Assembly (NCBI GenBank): GCA_965371515.1
Contig: CBDUYR010000044.1
Span: forward strand, 1 to 23,034
Length of the DNA stretch: 23,034 bases
Direction: 5' to 3'
From: an uncultured bacterium
Lineage (GTDB): Bacteria > Krumholzibacteriota > Krumholzibacteriia > Krumholzibacteriales > Krumholzibacteriaceae
The notes under the pieces were generated by a model. That model did no database searches, had not been told where the DNA came from, and saw only the letters and a list, made by a program, of their open reading frames with translations. Below are positions 7,005-14,978 of this stretch, in pieces. Position 1 is the stretch's first letter; every line of letters starts with the position of its first letter. A program made the translations under genes and the position numbers.

Positions 7005-8329
7005 CAAGACTCTCCTTTAGATCTCAGGGAGATTCTAACCGCGGTCCCCTCGAAGGTAAACATTTTTCTTACCTGGTTATTAAGATAACGTATATAAGCA
7101 CGAGGGAAATAGGTTGCTTTGTTTACAAACAAGGTGAAGGTGGGAGGCTCCACGCCCGTCTGGGTTGCGTAGTAGATTTTCCCGGTGCCCCTGGCATGGA
7201 ACTTCGGAGGATTCTTCCTGACGGCATCCTCGAAGAGCCTGTTCAGCTCGGAGGTAGCGATTTGTCTGTTTCGCTGCTCGTGTATCCTGAGGCAGGTCGG
7301 AATGATCCTCGAGAGGCGCATACCAGTTTTAGCCGAGATCGACAGTACCGGGGCATAGGAGAGGAACTGCATCTCCTCCCTGATCTTCCTCTCGAACAGC
7401 TTGAATGTGTCGGTCTGCCGTTCTACGAGATCCCATTTGTTCAGCAGGATCAGAGCTCCTTTTCTCGCCTTGTGTGCGAGAGAAGCCATACGCGTGTCCT
7501 GGTTCGATATCATCCCGGTAGTGGCGTCGAGCATGACGAGAATTATATCGGCGCGCTCTACACTTCTTATACTCATCAGGCTGCTTATCGAATCGAGCCC
7601 CTTCTCGGTCCGGGATCTCCTTTTCACACCGGCCGTATCGACCAGGACTATATCCCGGCCGTGATACTTTATCCTTATGTCCAGGGTATCCCTGGTAGTC
7701 CCGGGTATCTCAGATACGATATGTGCATCCTCGCCGGAGAGAGCGTTTATGAGGGAACTCTTTCCCACATTGGGCCTTCCTGTAACGGCGATTTTCATCT
7801 CCGGAGGCTGGTCTGATAAGGTAACGCTGTCGGGGAGACCGGTCGTCACTGCGTCGAGAAGATCGCCCACTCCCCTGCCATGAAGGGCGCTGATCATGAA
7901 AAGCCTGTCGAATCCGAGACGATAGAAGATATTCGCTTCGATCTCGTCCTGGGCGTTCTCGACCTTGTTCACAGCGAGGATCATGCGGTCCCTGTGATCG
8001 CGGAATCTGGAGAGCAGTTTCTCGTCCTCGTCCGTCGGGCCTGTGTCGACATCGACCAGCAGGATGATCGAGTGTGCAGCGCGAATAGTCCGTTCGATCC
8101 TTTCGGTTATACTTTTCTGGAGATGGTCGTCCGAATCGAATCCGAAACCACCTGTATCGATTACGATGAAATCCCTGTCGTTCCAGGAAGTGGTACCCTC
8201 CATCGTATCCCTGGTGACGCCAGGTGTCTCGTGAGTTATCGCTCTCCTCGAGCCGATGATGCGGTTGAAGAGTGTCGACTTGCCTGAATTAATCTTGCCT
8301 ATGATCGCTACTGTCGGGGGCTTCTTCAT
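7004..8329 (-). CDS. der: Ribosome biogenesis GTPase Der (EngA)
   Basis: Two tandem G domains (GKINSGKS/GVTRD/DTGG/NKVE and GRPNVGKSS/GTTRD/DTAG/NKWD) followed by a KH-like tail (KIYYATQ, PPTF, YIRYL, FEGT). Confidence 0.96.
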   Translation of the reverse strand: MKKPPTVAIIGKINSGKSTLFNRIIGSRRAITHETPGVTRDTMEGTTSWNDRDFIVIDTGGFGFDSDDHLQKSITERIERTIRAAHSIILLVDVDTGPTDEDEKLLSRFRDHRDRMILAVNKVENAQDEIEANIFYRLGFDRLFMISALHGRGVGDLLDAVTTGLPDSVTLSDQPPEMKIAVTGRPNVGKSSLINALSGEDAHIVSEIPGTTRDTLDIRIKYHGRDIVLVDTAGVKRRSRTEKGLDSISSLMSIRSVERADIILVMLDATTGMISNQDTRMASLAHKARKGALILLNKWDLVERQTDTFKLFERKIREEMQFLSYAPVLSISAKTGMRLSRIIPTCLRIHEQRNRQIATSELNRLFEDAVRKNPPKFHARGTGKIYYATQTGVEPPTFTLFVNKATYFPRAYIRYLNNQVRKMFTFEGTAVRISLRSKGES

Positions 8330-9636
8330 CTGACAGGCCTCCTGCATGCTCTGAGAACCCTGTCCTCAAGAAAATCCTCTGCGGGAACGATAAATTTTGT
8401 CCCGAGTTTTTTCCCCAGCGCGGATGGACGGATATCGTCGATCATTTTTCCCTCGTGATTGATGGTGTTCGGGGGAAGCACCAGTATACCTTTCGAGCCG
8501 CCAGATCGTCTTAAGGCGGCCGATATGTCAGATCCGGAGAGGAGCCCGGATACACTGACCGACCTGCCGAATGTGGAATTGACGACCGTGAGGATCTCGA
8601 TAGTAAGCCCGGGCAGCGCTCTGTTTACCATTGGAAGCACGTGCCTTTTCATCAACCTGCTTCCCAGGCGCCCGGTGACCAGGGTCATAATGCCGGATGG
8701 CTGGACTCTTCGTTTTTTCAGGTGCTTGATCCTCTCTCTTATGCCGTCGATAAACAGTCTGCTCATGCCGACGCCGTTTGAGATCTGATCGAAGCCGCCG
8801 TACCTTTCTGCCTCGGGAAAGATCCTGTCCGCAAGAAGGTAGAACTCGTCTGACATGAATACGAAATCATGGCCTCCAGAATTATTTCTGAATCTGCCGT
8901 TCATGTTTGCGGCATAATCTATCATCTCTCTCGCTTCGGCGGCTGAGACTTTTCTAAGTCTCGTCAGGCCTTCCCTGTGTCCGGTCAGGCCTACCGGCAC
9001 CACGGCAAGGGTTCTGCAGGCCGGGTATAACGTGAAGAGGTCCCTCATCGTTCTGGCGAGAACGCGTCCGTCGTTCAGTCCCGGGATGACGACCACCTGG
9101 GCATGTATCGAGATCCCGTTGTCGGCCAGCTCAGACAGGATTTTCATGATATCGTTCTTCATCGGTCGGCCGAATATCTTCGTGCGCACCTTCAGGTTCG
9201 TAGCGTGCACGGACACGTAGAGCGGCGACAGGTTGTATTCGATGATCCGCTTCATCTGGAACCGTGAGATATCGTTCAGGGTGATGTAATTGCCGAAAAG
9301 AAAGCTGAGTCTGTAATCGTCGTCCTTGAAATAAAGTGTCTCTCTCATCCCGGTCGGCATCTGGTCGACGAAGCAGAAGGTGCAGCGCGAGGCACAATGT
9401 ATAAAGCGCATCTCCTCGAAGACCGGCGCAGCTCTTTCGAGAGTCTCGACTCGTATCCTCCTCTCTACCCTCTTGCCGTTCTCCCGCTCAAGTCTGAAGA
9501 GCGGCAAATCGACCCCGGACAGGAGATAGTACAGATCAAGCTGGTCGCCGACCTTTCTTCCGTCGATGGCGACTATACGGTCTCCCTTCCGGAAGAATCC
9601 CTTACTGCCGCATATTTCCACGATTTTTACCGACAT
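8326..9636 (-). CDS. DUF512 radical-SAM-like FeS protein with a degenerate N-terminal PDZ-like domain
   Basis: CASRCTFCFVDQMP (CxxxCxxC), TLYFKDDDYRLSFLFGNYITL, SPLYVSVH, VVPVGLT, DEFY, QISNGVGM, VSGLLSG. Confidence 0.9.
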   Translation of the reverse strand: MSVKIVEICGSKGFFRKGDRIVAIDGRKVGDQLDLYYLLSGVDLPLFRLERENGKRVERRIRVETLERAAPVFEEMRFIHCASRCTFCFVDQMPTGMRETLYFKDDDYRLSFLFGNYITLNDISRFQMKRIIEYNLSPLYVSVHATNLKVRTKIFGRPMKNDIMKILSELADNGISIHAQVVVIPGLNDGRVLARTMRDLFTLYPACRTLAVVPVGLTGHREGLTRLRKVSAAEAREMIDYAANMNGRFRNNSGGHDFVFMSDEFYLLADRIFPEAERYGGFDQISNGVGMSRLFIDGIRERIKHLKKRRVQPSGIMTLVTGRLGSRLMKRHVLPMVNRALPGLTIEILTVVNSTFGRSVSVSGLLSGSDISAALRRSGGSKGILVLPPNTINHEGKMIDDIRPSALGKKLGTKFIVPAEDFLEDRVLRACRRPVR

Positions 9637-9666
9637 CAGTATTTCCGGGACGTTTTCAGGAGAATT

Positions 9667-9706
9667 AGAAAAACGCGCAACCCGTTTTGTAAATACAGGT
9701 TGCGCG
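9667..9706 (-). terminator. Intrinsic terminator after tRNA-Gly
   Basis: 12-bp stem CGCGCAACCTGT/ACGGGTTGCGCG (one G-U pair), 9-nt loop, then TTTTTCT on the minus strand. Confidence 0.7.
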
Positions 9707-9719
9707 CTCTATAAAAAAG

Positions 9720-9792
9720 AGCGGGCAACGGGATTCGAACCCGCGACCCTCAGCTTGGGAAGCTGATACTCTACCAGCTGAGTTATGCCCGC
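9720..9792 (-). tRNA. tRNA-Gly(CCC), CCA not encoded
   Basis: GCGGGCA/TGCCCGC acceptor stem, TCAGC-TTCCCAA-GCTGA anticodon arm, TTCGAAT T-loop; discriminator T followed by CTT rather than CCA. Confidence 0.95.
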
Positions 9793-9812
9793 ACACAATT
9801 CCAGTTACTTCG

Positions 9813-9841
9813 AAGTTATCAACTGATACCCGCGCTGTCAA
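9813..9841 (-). promoter_or_regulatory. Sigma70 promoter for tRNA-Gly, embedded in the 3' end of miaA
   Basis: Consensus TTGACA (9841-9836), 17-nt spacer, extended -10 TG-A-TAACTT (9818-9813). Confidence 0.7.
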
Positions 9842-10742
9842 GCATGTTGAGCGCCGATTCTGCAAGTCCCTTCCTGCCTGCGTCAAGCCAGGTGACCCCC
9901 GTCTCCTTCCGGAACCACGTCATCTGCCTCTTGGCGTACTGCCCCGTAAGCACAGCGATGTTCCCGATGGCGGCATCCCGGCTTAGTTCTCCTCTCACGA
10001 ACCTGATTGTATCGGGATATCCAAGTGTTTCAAGTCCCGGGCATCCCGCTTCGGCTCCATTGTCGAGCAGACCGGAGACCTCCTCTGGCCAGCCAGCATC
10101 ATACATCGCCTCTGTCCTTTCGGCGATGCGCGTGCGGAGTTGTTCCCTCTCCATATCAAGACCGATCTTTACGAGCTCAGGCATGCCGTTCCTACTCGTT
10201 TCCTGCTGCCGCCTGAAGTGTTCGCTCATTGGTGTTCCAGTGAGCTCGAAGATCTCGAGAGCCCTGATGATCCTGTAACGGTCGTTTTTATGTATCCTCT
10301 CTCCACTCTCGGAATCGGCTTTTTTCAGCTTCGAATACAGCTCTTTGGTAGTGATGCCCTCGATGCCTGATTTAAATTTAATGCGTTCGGATGGGACGAG
10401 GTCTATCTCAAAGAGACCGTGCGTCACCGAACGAAGGTAGAGGCCGGAGCCGCCGACAAGCAACGGGATTTTCCCGCCGACCCTAATGTCTTCGATGGCC
10501 TTTCGGGCCTGATCTGCGAACCATCGAGCGTTGCTCTTTTCCGTGATGTCGAGGATATCGATGCAGTGGTGCCTGATCCTGGATCGTTCGTCGGCAGACG
10601 CCTTGGCGGTGCCGATGTCGAGATCACGATAGATCTGCCTGGAATCTATCGAGACGATCTCTCCGCCGAGCCTTTCGGCCAATTCCATCACGAGAGAGCT
10701 TTTGCCAACGGCAGTGGGCCCGATGACGACGACGACTTTCAT
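9819..10742 (-). CDS. miaA: tRNA dimethylallyltransferase
   Basis: GPTAVGKS, DSRQIYRDLDIGTAK, VGGSGLY, RIIRALE, YAKRQMTWFR; directly abuts mutL. Confidence 0.97.
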   Translation of the reverse strand: MKVVVVIGPTAVGKSSLVMELAERLGGEIVSIDSRQIYRDLDIGTAKASADERSRIRHHCIDILDITEKSNARWFADQARKAIEDIRVGGKIPLLVGGSGLYLRSVTHGLFEIDLVPSERIKFKSGIEGITTKELYSKLKKADSESGERIHKNDRYRIIRALEIFELTGTPMSEHFRRQQETSRNGMPELVKIGLDMEREQLRTRIAERTEAMYDAGWPEEVSGLLDNGAEAGCPGLETLGYPDTIRFVRGELSRDAAIGNIAVLTGQYAKRQMTWFRKETGVTWLDAGRKGLAESALNMLDSAGIS

Positions 10743-12491
10743 CTACCCCTCCGGTTTAGAGGTGCGATGGAATCTCTTCTCGAGCTCGCGCATCTCGACG
10801 CGCAGCATGGTCGGTCTTCCATGGGGACAGGTAAATGGAAATTCCGTCGCGAAGAGCTGGTCGGTCAGGCTTTCCATCTCCTCAGAGGTCATAGGATCGC
10901 CTGCCCTGACGGCTGAATGGCACGCGAACGATATGAGGATGGAATCGGTTGCCGGCAGTCCTCCACCCAGATCCGAAAGGATCGAGCGGAGAAGCTTTCC
11001 GTCCTCCCAGTTCCGGACTCCAGCCGGTATCCCGCGGACTATTATTGACCTCATGCCGAATGGTTCAGCCTCGAAACCGAGGTTCGGCAGTGTGTCTATG
11101 ATCTTCTCGAAACTGTCGAATTCATCGAGTGATAGCTCGAGAGTAGCGGGGAAAAGAAGCGACTGGACTGTCGGGGCTTTGCCTCCGACGTTACTTCTTG
11201 CCCTGTCGTAGAGGATCCTCTCGTGAGCGGCATGTTGATCTATTATGACCATGCCGCCTCTGATTTGGATCATGATGTAGCTGTCGTGGAGCTGCCAGTA
11301 AAGACCGGTAGACACCTGACCGCGTATTTCGCTGGAATCTTTCTCGAAAAGAGGCTGCGGAGACTCCTGGAAGAGCCAGTCTGACCTGCCTGGTTCTTCG
11401 GCCCTGGCGGTGCCCGAAGGGTGGCCCTCTACCACTCTGCCAGTCGATTCGTCGCCGGGGAATATGTTCTTGTAAACTGATTCGACCTTCTCCCTGAAGG
11501 AGATGGTCTTGTCTCCGAGCGCCTCCCTGACTGCCGAGGATACGAGCCTGTGAATATCCCGCTCATTTTCGAATCGCACCTCGGCCTTCGCCGGATGAAC
11601 GTTGACGTCGAGCATACCGGGTGGGATGTCTAGCATCAGGACGACGATCGGGAACCTGTCAGCGGGAATAATCGATTGATACGCCTGCCGGACGGCGTGT
11701 CCGAGAAGTCTGTCCTTGACGGCCCTGCCGTTGACGAATATGAACTGGGACGAGCGGGTTCCTTTTGTTATCGAAGGCATCGATGTGTATCCGCTGACTT
11801 CGATTCGGCCGTCGGTCTTTGCGAACGGCTTGAGGTGCGGGAAAACGGAGGCTCCGAGAACCATCTCGACACGTTCCTTGAGAGTGCTCGCGGGAAAGGA
11901 CATGATCTCTCTCCCGTTGCTCCGCATCACGAATGCCGTCTGCGGCCATGCGAGTGCAAAACCCTGCATGGCTGATGTGATCCTTCTCGTCTCGGAAGAA
12001 TCTGATGAAAGGAACTTATTCCTTGCTGGAAGATTGAAGAAGAGGTCTTCCACAACGATCTCCGTGCCGCTGGTCCTCACGAACGGGCCGTCGTTTCGGA
12101 TCTCACCCGCCACCCAGTGCATCTCGCGTCCTACATCCGCCCCCTCCTCCATCGACCGGATCGTCATTCTCGAGACCGCGTTGATGCTTGCAAGAGCCTC
12201 GCCCCTGAACCCGAGTGAGCGTACCCGGTAGATATCCTCGAAAACAGTTATCTTGCTGGTAGAGTAGTTCTCTACTGCCTTCGCCATATCGTCAGCGGCG
12301 ATACCAGTTCCATCATCGTCGATTCTGATCGAACGCTTACCTCCACCTTCTATCTCAATGACGATCCTCGTCGCGGAGGCATCCAGGGAATTTTCGATGA
12401 GTTCCTTGACTACGTTGAACGGGCGCTCCACAACCTCACCTGCAGCAATTTTTCCCGTTGTCTCGGGCGTGAGTTTTTGGATACTTACCAC
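10743..12491 (-). CDS. mutL: DNA mismatch repair endonuclease MutL
   Basis: IAAGEVVERP, VKELIENSLDA, LGFRGEALASI, DVNVHPAKAEVRF; endonuclease motifs DQHAAHERI, ACH and CPHGRP; clamp-type QSLLFP; GTG start. Confidence 0.97.
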   Translation of the reverse strand: MVSIQKLTPETTGKIAAGEVVERPFNVVKELIENSLDASATRIVIEIEGGGKRSIRIDDDGTGIAADDMAKAVENYSTSKITVFEDIYRVRSLGFRGEALASINAVSRMTIRSMEEGADVGREMHWVAGEIRNDGPFVRTSGTEIVVEDLFFNLPARNKFLSSDSSETRRITSAMQGFALAWPQTAFVMRSNGREIMSFPASTLKERVEMVLGASVFPHLKPFAKTDGRIEVSGYTSMPSITKGTRSSQFIFVNGRAVKDRLLGHAVRQAYQSIIPADRFPIVVLMLDIPPGMLDVNVHPAKAEVRFENERDIHRLVSSAVREALGDKTISFREKVESVYKNIFPGDESTGRVVEGHPSGTARAEEPGRSDWLFQESPQPLFEKDSSEIRGQVSTGLYWQLHDSYIMIQIRGGMVIIDQHAAHERILYDRARSNVGGKAPTVQSLLFPATLELSLDEFDSFEKIIDTLPNLGFEAEPFGMRSIIVRGIPAGVRNWEDGKLLRSILSDLGGGLPATDSILISFACHSAVRAGDPMTSEEMESLTDQLFATEFPFTCPHGRPTMLRVEMRELEKRFHRTSKPEG

Positions 12492-12567
12492 GGTAACATC
12501 CTGTTTTTAATGCTGTTGTAGCCACCCCTCGGATGGGGCTCCCGGTGGCGGGGCCATCCGAGACGTT

Positions 12568-12597
12568 AAGATACCACAGTATTTCGCGTGATGGCAA
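12568..12597 (-). promoter_or_regulatory. Putative sigma70 promoter for mutL-miaA
   Basis: TTGCCA (12597-12592), 18 nt, extended -10 TG-G-TATCTT (12573-12568). Confidence 0.55.
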
Positions 12598-12623
12598 CGG
12601 AGAATAAAGCGGAAGAGGGAAGC

Positions 12624-14906
12624 TCAGAAACGGTTTTTAGCTTCGGTGATGAGTTCGGCTGATGTCTCCGAACCGCCGGGATACACGGCATAGGAACTCT
12701 CGGGAAATATCTCGTTCTCGTTGTAGAGCTTCCTGATCTTCAGGGAGGTCTCTATTAACTCGAGCAGACGTCGTTCGAGGAACTCGATCCTGTGATGGCT
12801 TTCCAGGGAGATTACAGCGAAGATGTCCGGCTCGATCCAGGAGAAATAATCGGTCTTCCTCACCTGTTTTCTAATCCCGATACTCAATTCGTTGATAATC
12901 TCGAGTGTGGTGTTGTAGTCAGTATTGAGCTTCTCTTTAAGGCCTTTTATCCGGTACAGGGTTACGATAAACCCATGGTGATATCTCTCGGCCCGTTCGA
13001 TCTCCTCATTTAACCGTTCGATCAGTATCTTCTGGTTGGAACGGAGAAGATCGTCGAAGGAGGCAGCTTTTCTGTCCCTCTTTTCTACTCCGCTGTCATG
13101 CAGTATGGGAAGAAGTATCTCAGAGATCCTGGAGAGGAGATCGAGCTCGTGCGTCCCGAAGATCGCGGGGTCGAGAGGCGATCCGGGAACCCGGTCATAA
13201 CCGATATAATATGCCTTGAACTCCCTCGCTCCGATGAAAGGATAGATCACGAGCGACCTGTAAGGCGGCGGATTATCGTACGTTCCAATATCACTCGAAA
13301 GGAAACTGATGCATTCAGGCTTTCCCTTGTCCATGGCACGAGCGAGCATCTGCTCGTCGCATGTCCTGATGATAGACCATTCCTGTTCTTCATCAGGGAA
13401 TCCATGATAGGATTTCTCTTCTTCGTTTGTGCCGATGAAGTGAAAACTGCCTTTGCTAGCGCCGATGATGGGCGAGATGAGTGCGGGAAGCATCTTTATC
13501 TTGTCTTTCAGATCAGGCGCTCCCATGAGTGCCGGCGTCAGGCTGGAGAGGTCTTCAAGGCTGTCCATCTTACGGGCCTGTCGAAGTTCTCTCAGCTGTG
13601 TATAGACGAAGAACCCCAGTTGGAAGCGCAGTACTTCCTTTATCTTCAGGAAGCTCTCGAGCGAATCGAGACTTGAGAATTCGAAGAGCGCCACGCCCAG
13701 GGGGTCATCGTGCTCTAGCGGTATGTATATTGATGTTATGGCGTCTCTGCGTCCAGAGATCCTGAGGCCGGCGTCATGGCTCGCCTCAGTCATCATCACC
13801 TCTTCCCTGTTGACATAGGAGCGGGCGAGGCTTCCCTTTCTACAGTGAATGCGGGGGGCTCCCCCTCCGTCATGTATCTGCTGGTCGCTTCCACCCAGGA
13901 TGAGCCAGTCACCCTCGTCAGTGGCTGTATAAATAGTGACCGTATCGGCGGAAAGGATGTCTGCCAGCGCTCGACATAGCAAGAGGAACTTGTCATGAAA
14001 TTCGATATCTCTCTGGAAGAGCGATTCGAGATAATTCCTTATCTTGAATTCCGTGTCCCGTATCTTCTCCGTGTCTATCCTGAGATGCTGCGCGAGTATC
14101 GGAGATATCTTTGATGCGAGAATATCTATCGTACTCCGGTCATTATCGTCGAGCTTCCGCTCGCCCTCGATAGTAGATACATTGAGTACTCCGATCAGCG
14201 TATCGCCGACAGTGAGCGGGGCCGAAATCGAGCTGCTGATCGTGTTTCTCTCTCGACCATCCCTGTACAGTGGATTGTCGACGAGATCGTGTACGAGTAT
14301 CACTTTTCTTGTCTCGGCTACGTTTCCGGCGATACCCGAACCTACCTTCTGTCTCGTGCTCGAGATCACTTCGTCGCTGAGACCCATCGCGTACCCGATA
14401 TAGAGTTCTTCCGTTTGCTCGGAGTGGAGCATTATGGAGCCGGAGGAGGCCTCGACGGCTCTTACCGATATCTCGAGGAGCCATTTCAGCAGCCTGTCAC
14501 GGTCAGTTATCTTGTTTATGTACTGGAGAGCCTGTTCGAGATGTTTCGGCCACGGATATTTATCGGGGGGTGTCTTCTCTTTTTCGGCAGCGCTGTCAGC
14601 CATGTCCGAGGCGGCTTCCGAAGGATTAAGTATCTTGACTCCCGTGCGGGAGAGCATCCCGATCTCTTCGTTGAAGGGGCCGCCCTTTCCAGATACGACT
14701 ACATAGTCCGCCTCCTGGAAGGCCTGGAGAAAAGATCTGTCGGTGTAGACTGACACACCGATAATCTCGGCGACTTCCATGGCAACGGCCCTCGGATCGC
14801 GATCGTAGATTCCGAGAATCTCGAATCCGGGATCTCTGTGATATTCGCTGAGGATGTTAAGTTCGTCCTCACCGCCGCCCAGAATGGCTATCTTGGCCGC
14901 CTTCAC
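12624..14906 (-). CDS. Signalling protein: Rossmann-like N-terminal domain, two to three GAF domains, degenerate GGDEF domain
   Basis: N-terminal KIAILGGG...EILGIYD...ADYVVV. Clear GAF (SGSIMLH...GSGIAGNVAET...SISAPL...IGVLNV), second GAF (SIYIPL...LGVALF), likely third (SLVIYPF). C-terminal RLNEEIERAERY...VRKTDYFSWIEPDIFAVI...LITEA. GTG start after GGAGGG. Confidence 0.78.
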   Translation of the reverse strand: MKAAKIAILGGGEDELNILSEYHRDPGFEILGIYDRDPRAVAMEVAEIIGVSVYTDRSFLQAFQEADYVVVSGKGGPFNEEIGMLSRTGVKILNPSEAASDMADSAAEKEKTPPDKYPWPKHLEQALQYINKITDRDRLLKWLLEISVRAVEASSGSIMLHSEQTEELYIGYAMGLSDEVISSTRQKVGSGIAGNVAETRKVILVHDLVDNPLYRDGRERNTISSSISAPLTVGDTLIGVLNVSTIEGERKLDDNDRSTIDILASKISPILAQHLRIDTEKIRDTEFKIRNYLESLFQRDIEFHDKFLLLCRALADILSADTVTIYTATDEGDWLILGGSDQQIHDGGGAPRIHCRKGSLARSYVNREEVMMTEASHDAGLRISGRRDAITSIYIPLEHDDPLGVALFEFSSLDSLESFLKIKEVLRFQLGFFVYTQLRELRQARKMDSLEDLSSLTPALMGAPDLKDKIKMLPALISPIIGASKGSFHFIGTNEEEKSYHGFPDEEQEWSIIRTCDEQMLARAMDKGKPECISFLSSDIGTYDNPPPYRSLVIYPFIGAREFKAYYIGYDRVPGSPLDPAIFGTHELDLLSRISEILLPILHDSGVEKRDRKAASFDDLLRSNQKILIERLNEEIERAERYHHGFIVTLYRIKGLKEKLNTDYNTTLEIINELSIGIRKQVRKTDYFSWIEPDIFAVISLESHHRIEFLERRLLELIETSLKIRKLYNENEIFPESSYAVYPGGSETSAELITEAKNRF

Positions 14907-14978
14907 TTTTCCCTCCGGAATAATGCGTTGCAACGCGGGTTTCCGTGGGAAAATCAGCAAAAATCAAGCCATTCGGGG

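Noticed and set aside
7955..8310. Der GD1 variants GKINSGKS and NKVE
   Set aside because: GxxxxGKS is intact and NKxE occurs in GD1 of other Der proteins, so there is no basis to call it inactive.
9807..9816. Short palindromes ACTTCGAAGT (tRNA-Gly -10), TTACC-GT-GGTAA (mutL start, 12485-12496) and GATGCT-CCCC-AGCATC (4795-4810)
   Set aside because: Too short, share no consensus, and are expected by chance.
12521..12566. HDV-like ribozyme or known riboswitch in the mutL leader
   Set aside because: I cannot place the P4 and catalytic J4/2 elements or any riboswitch consensus; kept only as an unassigned structure.
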